Source: an uncultured Eubacteriales bacterium (GTDB lineage: Bacteria; Bacillota; Clostridia; Oscillospirales; Acutalibacteraceae). Taken from it: a DNA stretch of 43,930 bases. Numbering within the stretch: position 1 is the stretch's first letter; each line of letters begins with the position of its first letter. The notes under the pieces are model-generated. The model saw only the letters and a program-made list of their open reading frames with translations, searched no databases and was not told where the DNA came from. Shown here piece by piece: positions 17,027 through 25,207 of the stretch. The position numbers were made by a program, and so were the translations under genes. The stretch is taken from the NCBI GenBank assembly GCA_964416045.1, contig CAYQCM010000001.1:1-43930 (forward strand), written 5' to 3'.

Positions 17027-17845
17027 ATGAGTAGTAATTTTGACCCCATAGGAGTTTTCGATTCTGGAGTGGGCGGAATTACTGCTATAAAAGAAATACA
17101 CGAGTTAATGCCTGGTGAAAATATCGTCTATTTCGGCGACACCGGGCGTGTTCCGTATGGTAGTAAAAGTTTTGATATTATTTTGAAATACGCTAATCAA
17201 GATATATCTTTTTTAAAGTCTTTAGGAGTTAAAATGATAATTGCCGCTTGCGGTACGGTAAGTTCAGTTATTGATATAAAAACTCAAAATGAGGAGTTAC
17301 CTTTTATAGGGGTAGTATATCCTACTTGTATTGCGGCAATCAAATCTACTAAAAATAAAAAAATAGGCGTTATTGGTACGCAAACCACTATAAAAAGTAA
17401 TTCCTATAGCAGATGTATAGGATCGATAGATAAGGAAATCCAGGTATATCAAAAATCTTGCCCGATATTTGCCCCTTTAATAGAAAATGGAATTTCTAGT
17501 TTACCGTATGAAATTGTTCATGGCATTGTTAAACAAAACCTCAGTTATTTTAATCAATATGACATAGACGTTTTGATACTTGGTTGCACTCATTATCCTA
17601 TTATTGAAGATATTATATCTGATGTTATGGGACCCAAAGTTAAACTTATAAATTCTGGAAAGGAAGTTGCTAAGTATGCTGAATTTGTTTTAAAAAACAA
17701 AAATTTGGTGTCTTCTATGGTTAGCGGAGGAAAGTATGATTTTTTTGTTAGTGACAGTGTTGAAACTTTTTCTGAAACTGCAAACAGATTTTTAGGGTAT
17801 AATATAGTAAAGAATATTAAAGAAATTAATATTGATTTATATTAA
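17027..17845 (+). CDS. murI: Glutamate racemase
   Basis: IGVFDSGVGG, AACGTVS and LGCTHYP catalytic-Cys motifs. 272 aa. Confidence 0.92.
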   Translation: MSSNFDPIGVFDSGVGGITAIKEIHELMPGENIVYFGDTGRVPYGSKSFDIILKYANQDISFLKSLGVKMIIAACGTVSSVIDIKTQNEELPFIGVVYPTCIAAIKSTKNKKIGVIGTQTTIKSNSYSRCIGSIDKEIQVYQKSCPIFAPLIENGISSLPYEIVHGIVKQNLSYFNQYDIDVLILGCTHYPIIEDIISDVMGPKVKLINSGKEVAKYAEFVLKNKNLVSSMVSGGKYDFFVSDSVETFSETANRFLGYNIVKNIKEINIDLY

Positions 17846-17875
17846 TAAAAAGTATATTTTAGTGGAGGATATTAA

Positions 17876-18304
17876 TTGAAAGATAATTATTTTATATCGA
17901 TAAACGGTAAACAAGATTTTGATGCAGATGATTCGGTAGTAAGCGTAGAAACAACAGGTAATTATGTTAAAAAGAAAAATTTTGATTATATTATATATAA
18001 AGAATATGATGATCAAGATCCAAAAAAGTATAGCACATCAGTACTTAAGATAGATGGCGAAAAATGCGTCACACTTATTAAGAATGGAGAAAATAGGACT
18101 AAGCTTATCTTAGAAAAAGGTAAAAGACATCATTGTTGTTATAATACAGAAGTAGGTTGTTTAATGATTGGAGTGTTTACAGATAAAATTACCTCAAATT
18201 TTTCGGATGAAGGTGGAGAGTTGAAGGTTAATTATTCTTTGGACGTAAACTCCAATCTTGCAAGTATTAATGAGATAAGCGTAAAAATTAGGAGGATGGA
18301 TTAA
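17876..18304 (+). CDS. DUF1934 (YwiB-like) beta-barrel protein
   Basis: 142 aa. TTG start after GGAGG. Sits directly upstream of argS, as ywiB does in other Firmicutes. Sequence pattern is consistent with DUF1934. Confidence 0.7.
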   Translation: MKDNYFISINGKQDFDADDSVVSVETTGNYVKKKNFDYIIYKEYDDQDPKKYSTSVLKIDGEKCVTLIKNGENRTKLILEKGKRHHCCYNTEVGCLMIGVFTDKITSNFSDEGGELKVNYSLDVNSNLASINEISVKIRRMD

Positions 18305-18306
18305 AA

Positions 18307-20001
18307 ATGGCAGGTTTAATTATTAAGGTTATTGAAGATTTGAAAATTAGTTTGATTCAAAGTATTAATGCAGCTATTAAAGGTGGTAAATTTTTAAGTG
18401 ATAAAATTCCTGAAATTAATATCGAAATTCCTGCTGACAGAATTCACGGGGAACTATCTACTAATATTGCTATGGTTTCAGCCAGAGTTTTTAAAAATTC
18501 TCCTTTAAATATTGCTAAAATAATACTTGATAATTTAATAGTTGATAAGTCGCTGATTGAAAAAATTGAAGTTGCAGGTTTCGGATTTATTAATTTTTTT
18601 CTTTCTCAAAAATTTTTTTCTGATTGTTTATTAGAAATTAGATCTATGGATCAAGAGTATGGAAAGTGTGATTACGGTAAAAATAAAAAATTAATGGTTG
18701 AATTTGTATCCGCTAATCCTACCGGCCCTATGCATATGGGAAATGCCAGATTAGGCGCTTTGGGAGACTGTTTATCATCAGTATTGAAGTTGGCTGGTTT
18801 TGACGTGTTTAGGGAATTCTATGTTAATGACGCAGGTAATCAGATAGAAAAATTTGCTTCCTCTTTAGACGTAAGGTACAGGCAAATTATTGAGGGAGAA
18901 GAAAAAATTTCTATGCCTGAAGATTGTTATCAGGGTGAAGATATAAAAGATTTAGCTAATGAATTTTATGAAATTTATGGTGAAAAATATCTTTTCTGCG
19001 ATATAAAAGAAAGAAAAAATAAGCTAGTTGAATTTGCACTTCCTAAAAATATAGAACGTATGAAAAAAGATATGAAAAAGTACAATATATTTTTTGACAA
19101 TTGGTTTCATGAGAGTTTACTTTATGAAAATGATGATGTAAATAAAGTGATAAAGATGCTATCTGATAAAGGTCTGACGTACGAACTTGACGGTGCTCTT
19201 TGGTATAAAGCCACTGATTTCGGATTCGAAAAGGATGAAGTACTTATTCGAAAAAACGGTATTCATACTTATTTTGCATCAGATATAGCTTATCATTATA
19301 ATAAATTTAAGGTACGCAATTTTGACATATGTATTGATATATGGGGAGCCGACCATCATGGACATGTAGCCAGACTTAAAAGTGCTATAGATAGTTTAGG
19401 GGTAGACAGCAGTTGCTTACATATCCTTCTTGTACAACTTGTTAAACTTGTAAGAAACGGTGAAGTTGTACGTATGAGTAAACGTACTGGAAAGGCTATT
19501 CAGCTTTCAGATCTTTTAGATGAAGTAAGTGTAGATTCAGCCAGATTTATATTTAATATGAAGGAAGCTAACACTAAAATGGATTTTGATCTCGATCTTG
19601 CAGTTAAAGAGGATTCCCAAAATCCTGTTTATTATGTTCAATATGCTCATGCTAGAATTTGCAGTATACTTAGGTCCGTTCCGGATAGTGTTAGAGAAAA
19701 GCTTGAAAAAGGTAATGTTTGTTTAGATGTTCTTACCTCTTCTGAAGAAAGACAGTTAATTTATAATATGGCATTATACACTATGCAGATTATAAACTGT
19801 GCAAGAGATTTCGATCCAACTAGAATTACCAAATACGTTATAGATCTTGCTACTGATTTTCATAAATTTTATAATGCTAATAAAGTTATTTGTGATGACA
19901 ATGAAATTATGTTGGCAAGAATATATTTATGCGTTTGCGTCAAAATAGTTATTAGTAATATTTTGAGATTATTTAAAATATCTATTCCGGAACGTATGTA
20001 A
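18307..20001 (+). CDS. argS: Arginine--tRNA ligase
   Basis: 564 aa. SANPTGPMHMGNAR (HIGH-type) and MSKRTG (KMSKS-type) motifs, C-terminal DALR anticodon-binding region. Confidence 0.95.
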   Translation: MAGLIIKVIEDLKISLIQSINAAIKGGKFLSDKIPEINIEIPADRIHGELSTNIAMVSARVFKNSPLNIAKIILDNLIVDKSLIEKIEVAGFGFINFFLSQKFFSDCLLEIRSMDQEYGKCDYGKNKKLMVEFVSANPTGPMHMGNARLGALGDCLSSVLKLAGFDVFREFYVNDAGNQIEKFASSLDVRYRQIIEGEEKISMPEDCYQGEDIKDLANEFYEIYGEKYLFCDIKERKNKLVEFALPKNIERMKKDMKKYNIFFDNWFHESLLYENDDVNKVIKMLSDKGLTYELDGALWYKATDFGFEKDEVLIRKNGIHTYFASDIAYHYNKFKVRNFDICIDIWGADHHGHVARLKSAIDSLGVDSSCLHILLVQLVKLVRNGEVVRMSKRTGKAIQLSDLLDEVSVDSARFIFNMKEANTKMDFDLDLAVKEDSQNPVYYVQYAHARICSILRSVPDSVREKLEKGNVCLDVLTSSEERQLIYNMALYTMQIINCARDFDPTRITKYVIDLATDFHKFYNANKVICDDNEIMLARIYLCVCVKIVISNILRLFKISIPERM

Positions 20002-20016
20002 AGTTTTATTTTTTTA

Positions 20017-20045
20017 TTGACCTATTTTCATTTTTATGTTAAAAT
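20017..20045 (+). promoter_or_regulatory. Promoter of the rplU operon (TTGACC-17-TAAAAT with TG extension)
   Basis: TTGACC at 20017-20022, TGtTAAAAT ending at 20045. Confidence 0.65.
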
Positions 20046-20135
20046 TTTCTAGCCGCTTATTGCAGGTTATAAATAAATCTTATGATTTTACCTGATAGTA
20101 GCGAGACTATAAATCAAGGTAGGTGAATAACTGTA
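20046..20135 (+). ncRNA. Putative ribosomal protein L21 leader (5' UTR structure)
   Basis: 90-nt UTR with imperfect long-range pairing cgct..caggt / acctg..agcg. Location matches the L21 leader known in Firmicutes. Not verifiable without a covariance model. Confidence 0.35.
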
Positions 20136-20462
20136 ATGTATGCAGTTATAGAGACTGGTGGAAAACAATATAAGGTTCAGAAAGATGACGTAATTTATAT
20201 AGAGAAAATTGGCGAGGAGCAAGATTCACAAGTTGAATTTAAAGTAGTTGCTTATGGAGACGATCAAAATATTAGTTTTGGAAATCCTTATGTTGAATCA
20301 GCTAAAGTTTTAGGAAAAGTAATTAAAAATGGTAAGAAGAAAAAAATCACAGTTTTTACTTATAAACCTAAGAAAAGCTGTAAAAGAAAAATGGGTCACA
20401 GACAACCATATACTAAAATTCAAATACAGGAAATTATACCTGATGTAAGTAAATATGTATGA
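20136..20462 (+). CDS. rplU: 50S ribosomal protein L21
   Basis: MYAVIETGGKQYKV... is the canonical L21 N-terminus. 108 aa. Confidence 0.96.
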   Translation: MYAVIETGGKQYKVQKDDVIYIEKIGEEQDSQVEFKVVAYGDDQNISFGNPYVESAKVLGKVIKNGKKKKITVFTYKPKKSCKRKMGHRQPYTKIQIQEIIPDVSKYV

Positions 20463-20800
20463 TCAGCATAAAAGTTTTTGTTACTCCTGAAGGAAGTATT
20501 TTAGGCTTTGAACTTTTTGGTCATTCCGGATATGATGAACTTGGAAAAGATATAGTATGTTCAGCGGTGTCTTCCGCGGTTTATATGGTTATTAATACTT
20601 TATCTGATGTTCTTAATGTTGATTTTGAAGTCTTGGATATTAAAGAGGAAATCGCTTATTTTAAGTTTAAAATTAGTAATAAAAATTTTTATATTTGTAA
20701 ATATATTATGGTAGGGCTTAAAAATCACTTAGTTAATTTAGAGGAACAATATTATAAAAATATAAAAGTAAGTTATGTGGAGGTGCAAAATAGTGATTAA
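20459..20800 (+). CDS. prp: Ribosomal-processing cysteine protease Prp (YsxB family)
   Basis: 113 aa between rplU and rpmA. GHSGY...DIVCSAVS catalytic His/Cys pattern. Confidence 0.88.
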   Translation: MISIKVFVTPEGSILGFELFGHSGYDELGKDIVCSAVSSAVYMVINTLSDVLNVDFEVLDIKEEIAYFKFKISNKNFYICKYIMVGLKNHLVNLEEQYYKNIKVSYVEVQNSD

Positions 20801-21071
20801 AATTAATATACAGTTATTTGCTCATAAGAAGGGACAGGGCTCAACCCATAACGGAAGAGACTCTGAGTCTAAACGTTTGGGTGCGAAGCGTGCTGATGGA
20901 CAAATGGTATTAGCTGGTAATATATTGGTAAGACAGCGTGGCACTAAAATTCATCCTGGAAAAAATGTTGGCAAAGGATCTGATGATACTTTATATGCCT
21001 TAGTTCAGGGAAAAGTTAAATTTGAAAGACTTGGTAAGCATCGTAAATGCGTAAACATATATCCTAACTAA
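20793..21071 (+). CDS. rpmA: 50S ribosomal protein L27 (with Prp-cleaved N-terminal extension)
   Basis: GTG start at 20793 after GGAGG (20779-20783) gives [24 protein letters not shown], the Firmicute pro-L27 pattern. The ORF-track start 20775 is probably too early. Confidence 0.93.
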   Translation: MIKINIQLFAHKKGQGSTHNGRDSESKRLGAKRADGQMVLAGNILVRQRGTKIHPGKNVGKGSDDTLYALVQGKVKFERLGKHRKCVNIYPN

Positions 21072-21100
21072 TTTTATTGAATAAAGGAAGTTGTGGGATT

Positions 21101-21517
21101 ATGCTTAACGAACATATTCTAGAAGTTCTTAAAGATAAAAAGTTTTTAAATGAAATTGCCAATTTAACAGACGTGAAAGATGTTAAAAAAGTTTTTAAAT
21201 CTAAAGGCATAGACCTTACTGATCAAGACATTGAAGAAATGCGTAAGGGTGCATCAAATTATGTAAATAATATTGAAGTTTCAGAAGAATTTTTAGATAA
21301 TATTGTTGGTGGTAAAGGTGGAAATAATCAGCAACCTATAATTATCAATAACTATGTAAATAATGTTAACTCTAGACCTAGAACCAATTCTAATAGTAGA
21401 CCGATGACTAACGCGGAAGGGGTTTTGTTTGGATCAATCATGACTATTGCAGGAGCAGTAATAATGGGTTGTTCAATTAAAAATGGTATTAAAAAAGGAT
21501 GGCTTTCTAATTTTTAA
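21101..21517 (+). CDS. Nif11-like double-glycine leader domain protein with N/Q-rich linker and hydrophobic helix (paralog B)
   Basis: 138 aa from ATG 21101. Leader-like ILEVLKDKKFLNEIANLTDVKDVKKVFKSKGIDLTDQDIEEM...EVSEEFLDNIVGG, then KGGNNQQ...NSRPRTNSNSRPMTN...GVLFGSIMTIAGAVIMGCSIKNGIKKGWLSNF. Starts 30 nt after rpmA with no intervening terminator. Confidence 0.6.
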   Translation: MLNEHILEVLKDKKFLNEIANLTDVKDVKKVFKSKGIDLTDQDIEEMRKGASNYVNNIEVSEEFLDNIVGGKGGNNQQPIIINNYVNNVNSRPRTNSNSRPMTNAEGVLFGSIMTIAGAVIMGCSIKNGIKKGWLSNF

Positions 21518-21535
21518 AATTACAGTTTAATATTT

Positions 21536-21567
21536 ATAGGTGGATAATTTCCATCTATATTTTTTGT
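21536..21567 (+). terminator. Rho-independent terminator ending the rplU-prp-rpmA-paralog B unit
   Basis: 9-bp stem ataggtgga/tccatctat (one G-U pair), 5-nt loop, then atattttttg. Confidence 0.65.
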
Positions 21568-21599
21568 TAATTATAATAATATTTGAGAGGATATAAAAA

Positions 21600-22868
21600 A
21601 TGTTTGTGGATGTTGTCAATATAGATATAAAGGCTGGAAATGGTGGCGATGGGTGCGTTTCTTTTCATCGGGACAAGTATACTGCTTACGGTGGTCCTGA
21701 TGGTGGTAATGGGGGAAGAGGCGGAAATATAATTTTTAAAGGTGATAACAATTTATCTACTTTAGTTGATTTTAGATATAAAAAGAAATTTACAGCTGCA
21801 AACGGGAAAAATGGTGAATCTGGTAAAAAATCCGGTAAAAAAGGTGATGATTTATTAATTAAAGTTCCTGTAGGTACTTTGGTTAGACATAAAAAAACTG
21901 GTAAGGTAATGTTTGACATTTCAGATACTAATGAATATGTTATAGCTGAAGGTGGACGTGGCGGTCTTGGAAATATGAATTTTTCTAATTCCGTAAGGCA
22001 ATCTCCCAGGTTTTCTAAATCAGGTACCCAAGGTGAAGAATTTGAGATCGTGTTGGAACTGAAACTATTGGCAGACGTGGGAATTGTAGGATTCCCTAAT
22101 GTTGGTAAATCTACTTTTATTTCTATGGTCAGTAATGCTAAACCCGAAATAGCGAATTATCATTTTACCACAATTACTCCTAAGTTGGGTGTTGTTAAGT
22201 ATAGCTATGATTATTCTTTTGTAATAGCTGATATACCCGGTCTTATAGAAGGCGCTTGGAAGGGTCTTGGACTAGGACATAATTTTTTAAGACATATAGA
22301 AAGATGCAGATTGCTTTTACATGTTGTTGATGTTTCGGGACTCGAAGGAAGAGATCCGGTTGATGATTTTGAAACTATTAATAGTGAGCTTGAAAAATTT
22401 AATTCTAAATTATGTGATCTACCTATGATAGTTGCTGCAAATAAATGTGATATAGCTACACATGATCAAATATCAAAATTTAAAGATTATATACAGGGTA
22501 AAGGGTATGATTTCTTTTCTATTTCTATATCTGATAAAAAAAGTATATCTAAATTGCTTGATAAGATAGCCCAAACTCTATCAAATTTACCTTCTAAGTT
22601 AAATCTTTTTTCCGAAGACGACTTTTATATTAAAGACAAATACGGTGATGACTCTCTAAAAATAACTAAAGTGGATGGTAAATATATAGTTAAATCCAAA
22701 AAGTTTGAAAGATTAATAAATTCTGTTAATCTTGAAGATTATGATTCACTAAAATATTTCCAAAGTATGATATCTAAGTGGGGGCTCAATGATGCTTTAA
22801 AAGAAAAAGGAATACAAGATGGAGATACAGTACAAATTGGAAATGCAGAATTGGATTTTTTTAGCTAG
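21600..22868 (+). CDS. obg: GTPase Obg/CgtA
   Basis: Gly-rich Obg fold (GGDGCVSFHR, GGPDGGNGGRGG), G domain (GFPNVGKST, DIPGLIEGA, NKCD) and a C-terminal OCT-type domain. Confidence 0.95.
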   Translation: MFVDVVNIDIKAGNGGDGCVSFHRDKYTAYGGPDGGNGGRGGNIIFKGDNNLSTLVDFRYKKKFTAANGKNGESGKKSGKKGDDLLIKVPVGTLVRHKKTGKVMFDISDTNEYVIAEGGRGGLGNMNFSNSVRQSPRFSKSGTQGEEFEIVLELKLLADVGIVGFPNVGKSTFISMVSNAKPEIANYHFTTITPKLGVVKYSYDYSFVIADIPGLIEGAWKGLGLGHNFLRHIERCRLLLHVVDVSGLEGRDPVDDFETINSELEKFNSKLCDLPMIVAANKCDIATHDQISKFKDYIQGKGYDFFSISISDKKSISKLLDKIAQTLSNLPSKLNLFSEDDFYIKDKYGDDSLKITKVDGKYIVKSKKFERLINSVNLEDYDSLKYFQSMISKWGLNDALKEKGIQDGDTVQIGNAELDFFS

Positions 22869-22877
22869 TCAGAGAGG

Positions 22878-23273
22878 TTGACATTTTTGGAAAAATTATT
22901 ATTGGGTAAAAATTTTAAAATAAATAATATTAATATATTAACCCTGGCTTTTTTGGGTGATGCGGTTTTTGATTTGATAGTTAGGGAACATATTATCTTA
23001 AATAATGATTATAATTTAAAAGATATTAATAGAGCTAAAGTTCAAATGGTTTGTTGTAAGTCACAGGCTAGTTTAGTAGATAAAATTATTTGTAATTTTT
23101 ATGATGATGAGCTTAATATATATAAGAGAGGTAGAAACTCTAAAGTTAAAAATATTCCTGACGGTGCTTCCAGAGAGGAATACCATAAAGCTACTGGACT
23201 TGAAGCCGTTGTGGGATACCTTTATTTAAGAGGAAAAATAGATAGAATAACAAAATTATTAAAAATTGATTAA
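22878..23273 (+). CDS. mrnC: Mini-ribonuclease 3
   Basis: 131 aa. LAFLGDAVFDL RNase III signature and YHKATGLEAVVGYLYL. Confidence 0.85.
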   Translation: MTFLEKLLLGKNFKINNINILTLAFLGDAVFDLIVREHIILNNDYNLKDINRAKVQMVCCKSQASLVDKIICNFYDDELNIYKRGRNSKVKNIPDGASREEYHKATGLEAVVGYLYLRGKIDRITKLLKID

Positions 23274-23343
23274 AAAATATGATTTCACGTTAATTTAGTA
23301 GTATAATTTATGTATATTAAAGAAATTTTTGGAGGCTATATAA

Positions 23344-23535
23344 ATGTGGCGAATATATTGGGGATTCATGGCTATAGATAGAGGTTGGAATGCTTGGGAA
23401 AACTTTATTTCTGGTGATAAGCATAAAAGATTTATTAAGTTTTTTTTAGATCTTGCTGGAATGTGTGTGGCTATTTGTATTATATGTGGTAAAGACGATT
23501 GGGCAAAACCATTCCAAGGTAAGCCACCACTCTAA
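23344..23535 (+). CDS. Hypothetical 63-aa Trp-rich small membrane protein
   Basis: Strong GGAGG RBS 8 nt upstream. One predicted TM segment (FFLDLAGMCVAICIICG). 3' end overlaps the convergent gene by 4 nt. Confidence 0.5.
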   Translation: MWRIYWGFMAIDRGWNAWENFISGDKHKRFIKFFLDLAGMCVAICIICGKDDWAKPFQGKPPL

Positions 23536-24041
23536 ACATTAGAAATTTTATTTTTAGATTTATTTAAGTACCTTATACCTAGTTTATTTAATCGTATTCT
23601 ATTATATCTTTGTATTAATATAAATGGTAGGTTGATAATAATACTTAAGAAAAAAAATAATAATTTATAAATAAATATTTGATTTATTAATAAGAAGAAT
23701 ATACAACCGGATAAACAAAAAGTATGGTACCATTCGGCTCTGCACGTTTCATATATAAATTCGTTTATGTACTCATAAGACAAGTTATTATATTTATTTA
23801 AACTCTTTTTTGAAAAACCGTCTTTTCCGATATGTTGGGGGAGGTGGTCCTTCCATGAATTAATGTGAAGAATAGAAGTATAAAATTTTCCATTATGTTC
23901 CCAGTTTTTCTGGGAATATATTTTTTTTGTGGGATCAAAAAAATCAATATTTATCTTTTTTGCAAATAAAAGTATTGTAAGGTGCCAAAAAATAAGAAGT
24001 ACTATGTTTATTATTAAATATTTAATGGTTGTTTCAGTCAT
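23532..24041 (-). CDS. Integral membrane protein resembling glycosyl-4,4'-diaponeurosporenoate acyltransferase (CrtO-like) family
   Basis: 169 aa. N- and C-terminal TM segments and the central motif SWKDHLPQ...FSKKSL...FIYETCRAEWYH, which I recall from that family. Assignment is from memory only. Confidence 0.45.
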   Translation of the reverse strand: MTETTIKYLIINIVLLIFWHLTILLFAKKINIDFFDPTKKIYSQKNWEHNGKFYTSILHINSWKDHLPQHIGKDGFSKKSLNKYNNLSYEYINEFIYETCRAEWYHTFCLSGCIFFLLINQIFIYKLLFFFLSIIINLPFILIQRYNRIRLNKLGIRYLNKSKNKISNV

Positions 24042-24068
24042 TATTTTTATTTCTCCAATTACATATTT

Positions 24069-24557
24069 TTATTCTAAATTCATCATATCATTATTAGCTT
24101 CATTTAATTTACCCTCAGCGGTTTTTATTTCTTTACTTCTTTCTTCTCCTAATTCTTTTGGAAGTGCTTTTTGATATAGTTTCATTGCTTCTAAATATTT
24201 TTTATATGCCTCCATCATCTTATTATAGTGATCTTTGGATTCAGCTGGTACTTTAGGTCCTAATTGCTCTTGCATATTTTTAATAAAAGTATCTGCCTGA
24301 TTTACAAATCTTTCTATACGTTCATTAGATTCTTCTGTACCATTATATGTGTCTGCTTGGTCTAAGAAGTTGTCTAATACGTTGTCAAAATTTGCTTTCT
24401 GAGCAATTACCTCTTTTATATATTCGGGTTTAGTGAAAACTTGCTGACGTTTTTCACATCCACATGAACTAAATAGTATTATTAATGCAAACATAATAAA
24501 GTAATTTATACCTGTATAAAATTTTTTTGATATATTTATTATCATCTTGAACACCAA
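24069..24557 (-). CDS. Putative lipoprotein, helical, unknown function
   Basis: Signal peptide with lipobox LFSS-C (FALIILFSSCGC). The mature part is rich in charged, helix-forming residues. Confidence 0.65.
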   Translation of the reverse strand: MVFKMIINISKKFYTGINYFIMFALIILFSSCGCEKRQQVFTKPEYIKEVIAQKANFDNVLDNFLDQADTYNGTEESNERIERFVNQADTFIKNMQEQLGPKVPAESKDHYNKMMEAYKKYLEAMKLYQKALPKELGEERSKEIKTAEGKLNEANNDMMNLE

Positions 24558-24681
24558 CCCTATAGTTAATTATATGATAAAATAAAACCATAACATATAT
24601 GTTCTTTTTAGTCAATATATTCAAATTATATACGATTATTATAGTATAAAAGATTGGTTTATGATAATGGCTTTAGTTAAA

Positions 24682-25032
24682 TTATTTTTGATTGAGTCCG
24701 AAACTTACTGATAAGGCTTGATTTACTCTGTTCATACAAAGATTATCTACACAGCCTGTTTTTTCTTTAAGTCTTTTTTTGTCGATGGTACGAATTTGTT
24801 CTAAAAGTACTACGGAGTCTTTTGCTAAACCACTTTTTTGTGTACCGATATGTATATGTGTTGGTAGTTTAGACTTCGTTTGTTGACTTGTTATTGCAGC
24901 TGCTATTACTGTTGGACTAAATTTATTTCCCACATCATTTTGTACTATAAGCACCGGTCTTACTCCTCCTTGTTCGGATCCTGTTACTGGACTTAGATCA
25001 GCGTAAAAAATATCTCCTCTTCTTATACTCAT
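24682..25032 (-). CDS. mazF: MazF/PemK-family endoribonuclease toxin (EndoA/NdoA-like)
   Basis: 116 aa, collinear with B. subtilis EndoA as I remember it: [45 protein letters not shown]...KLPTH...[17 protein letters not shown]. Confidence 0.9.
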   Translation of the reverse strand: MSIRRGDIFYADLSPVTGSEQGGVRPVLIVQNDVGNKFSPTVIAAAITSQQTKSKLPTHIHIGTQKSGLAKDSVVLLEQIRTIDKKRLKEKTGCVDNLCMNRVNQALSVSFGLNQK

Positions 25033-25057
25033 AATTAACTTCCTTTAAATATAAATT

Positions 25058-25085
25058 TCAGATTCATACTTTAGAAATAATCTGA
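25058..25085. promoter_or_regulatory. 7-bp inverted repeat (tcagatt-N14-aatctga) just upstream of mazF
   Basis: Read directly, 26-53 nt upstream of the mazF ATG. Possible operator, function unknown. Confidence 0.3.
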
Positions 25086-25207
25086 TTTAAAAATATTTTT
25101 TCCCCATTTTATGTTTTTTAATCAAAAAATTTTAAAAAAGTCATTTTTATTAAAAACAAGATGTAGTATAATTTAAATGGTTGGTAGTTTATTTGGAGGA
25201 AATTTTA

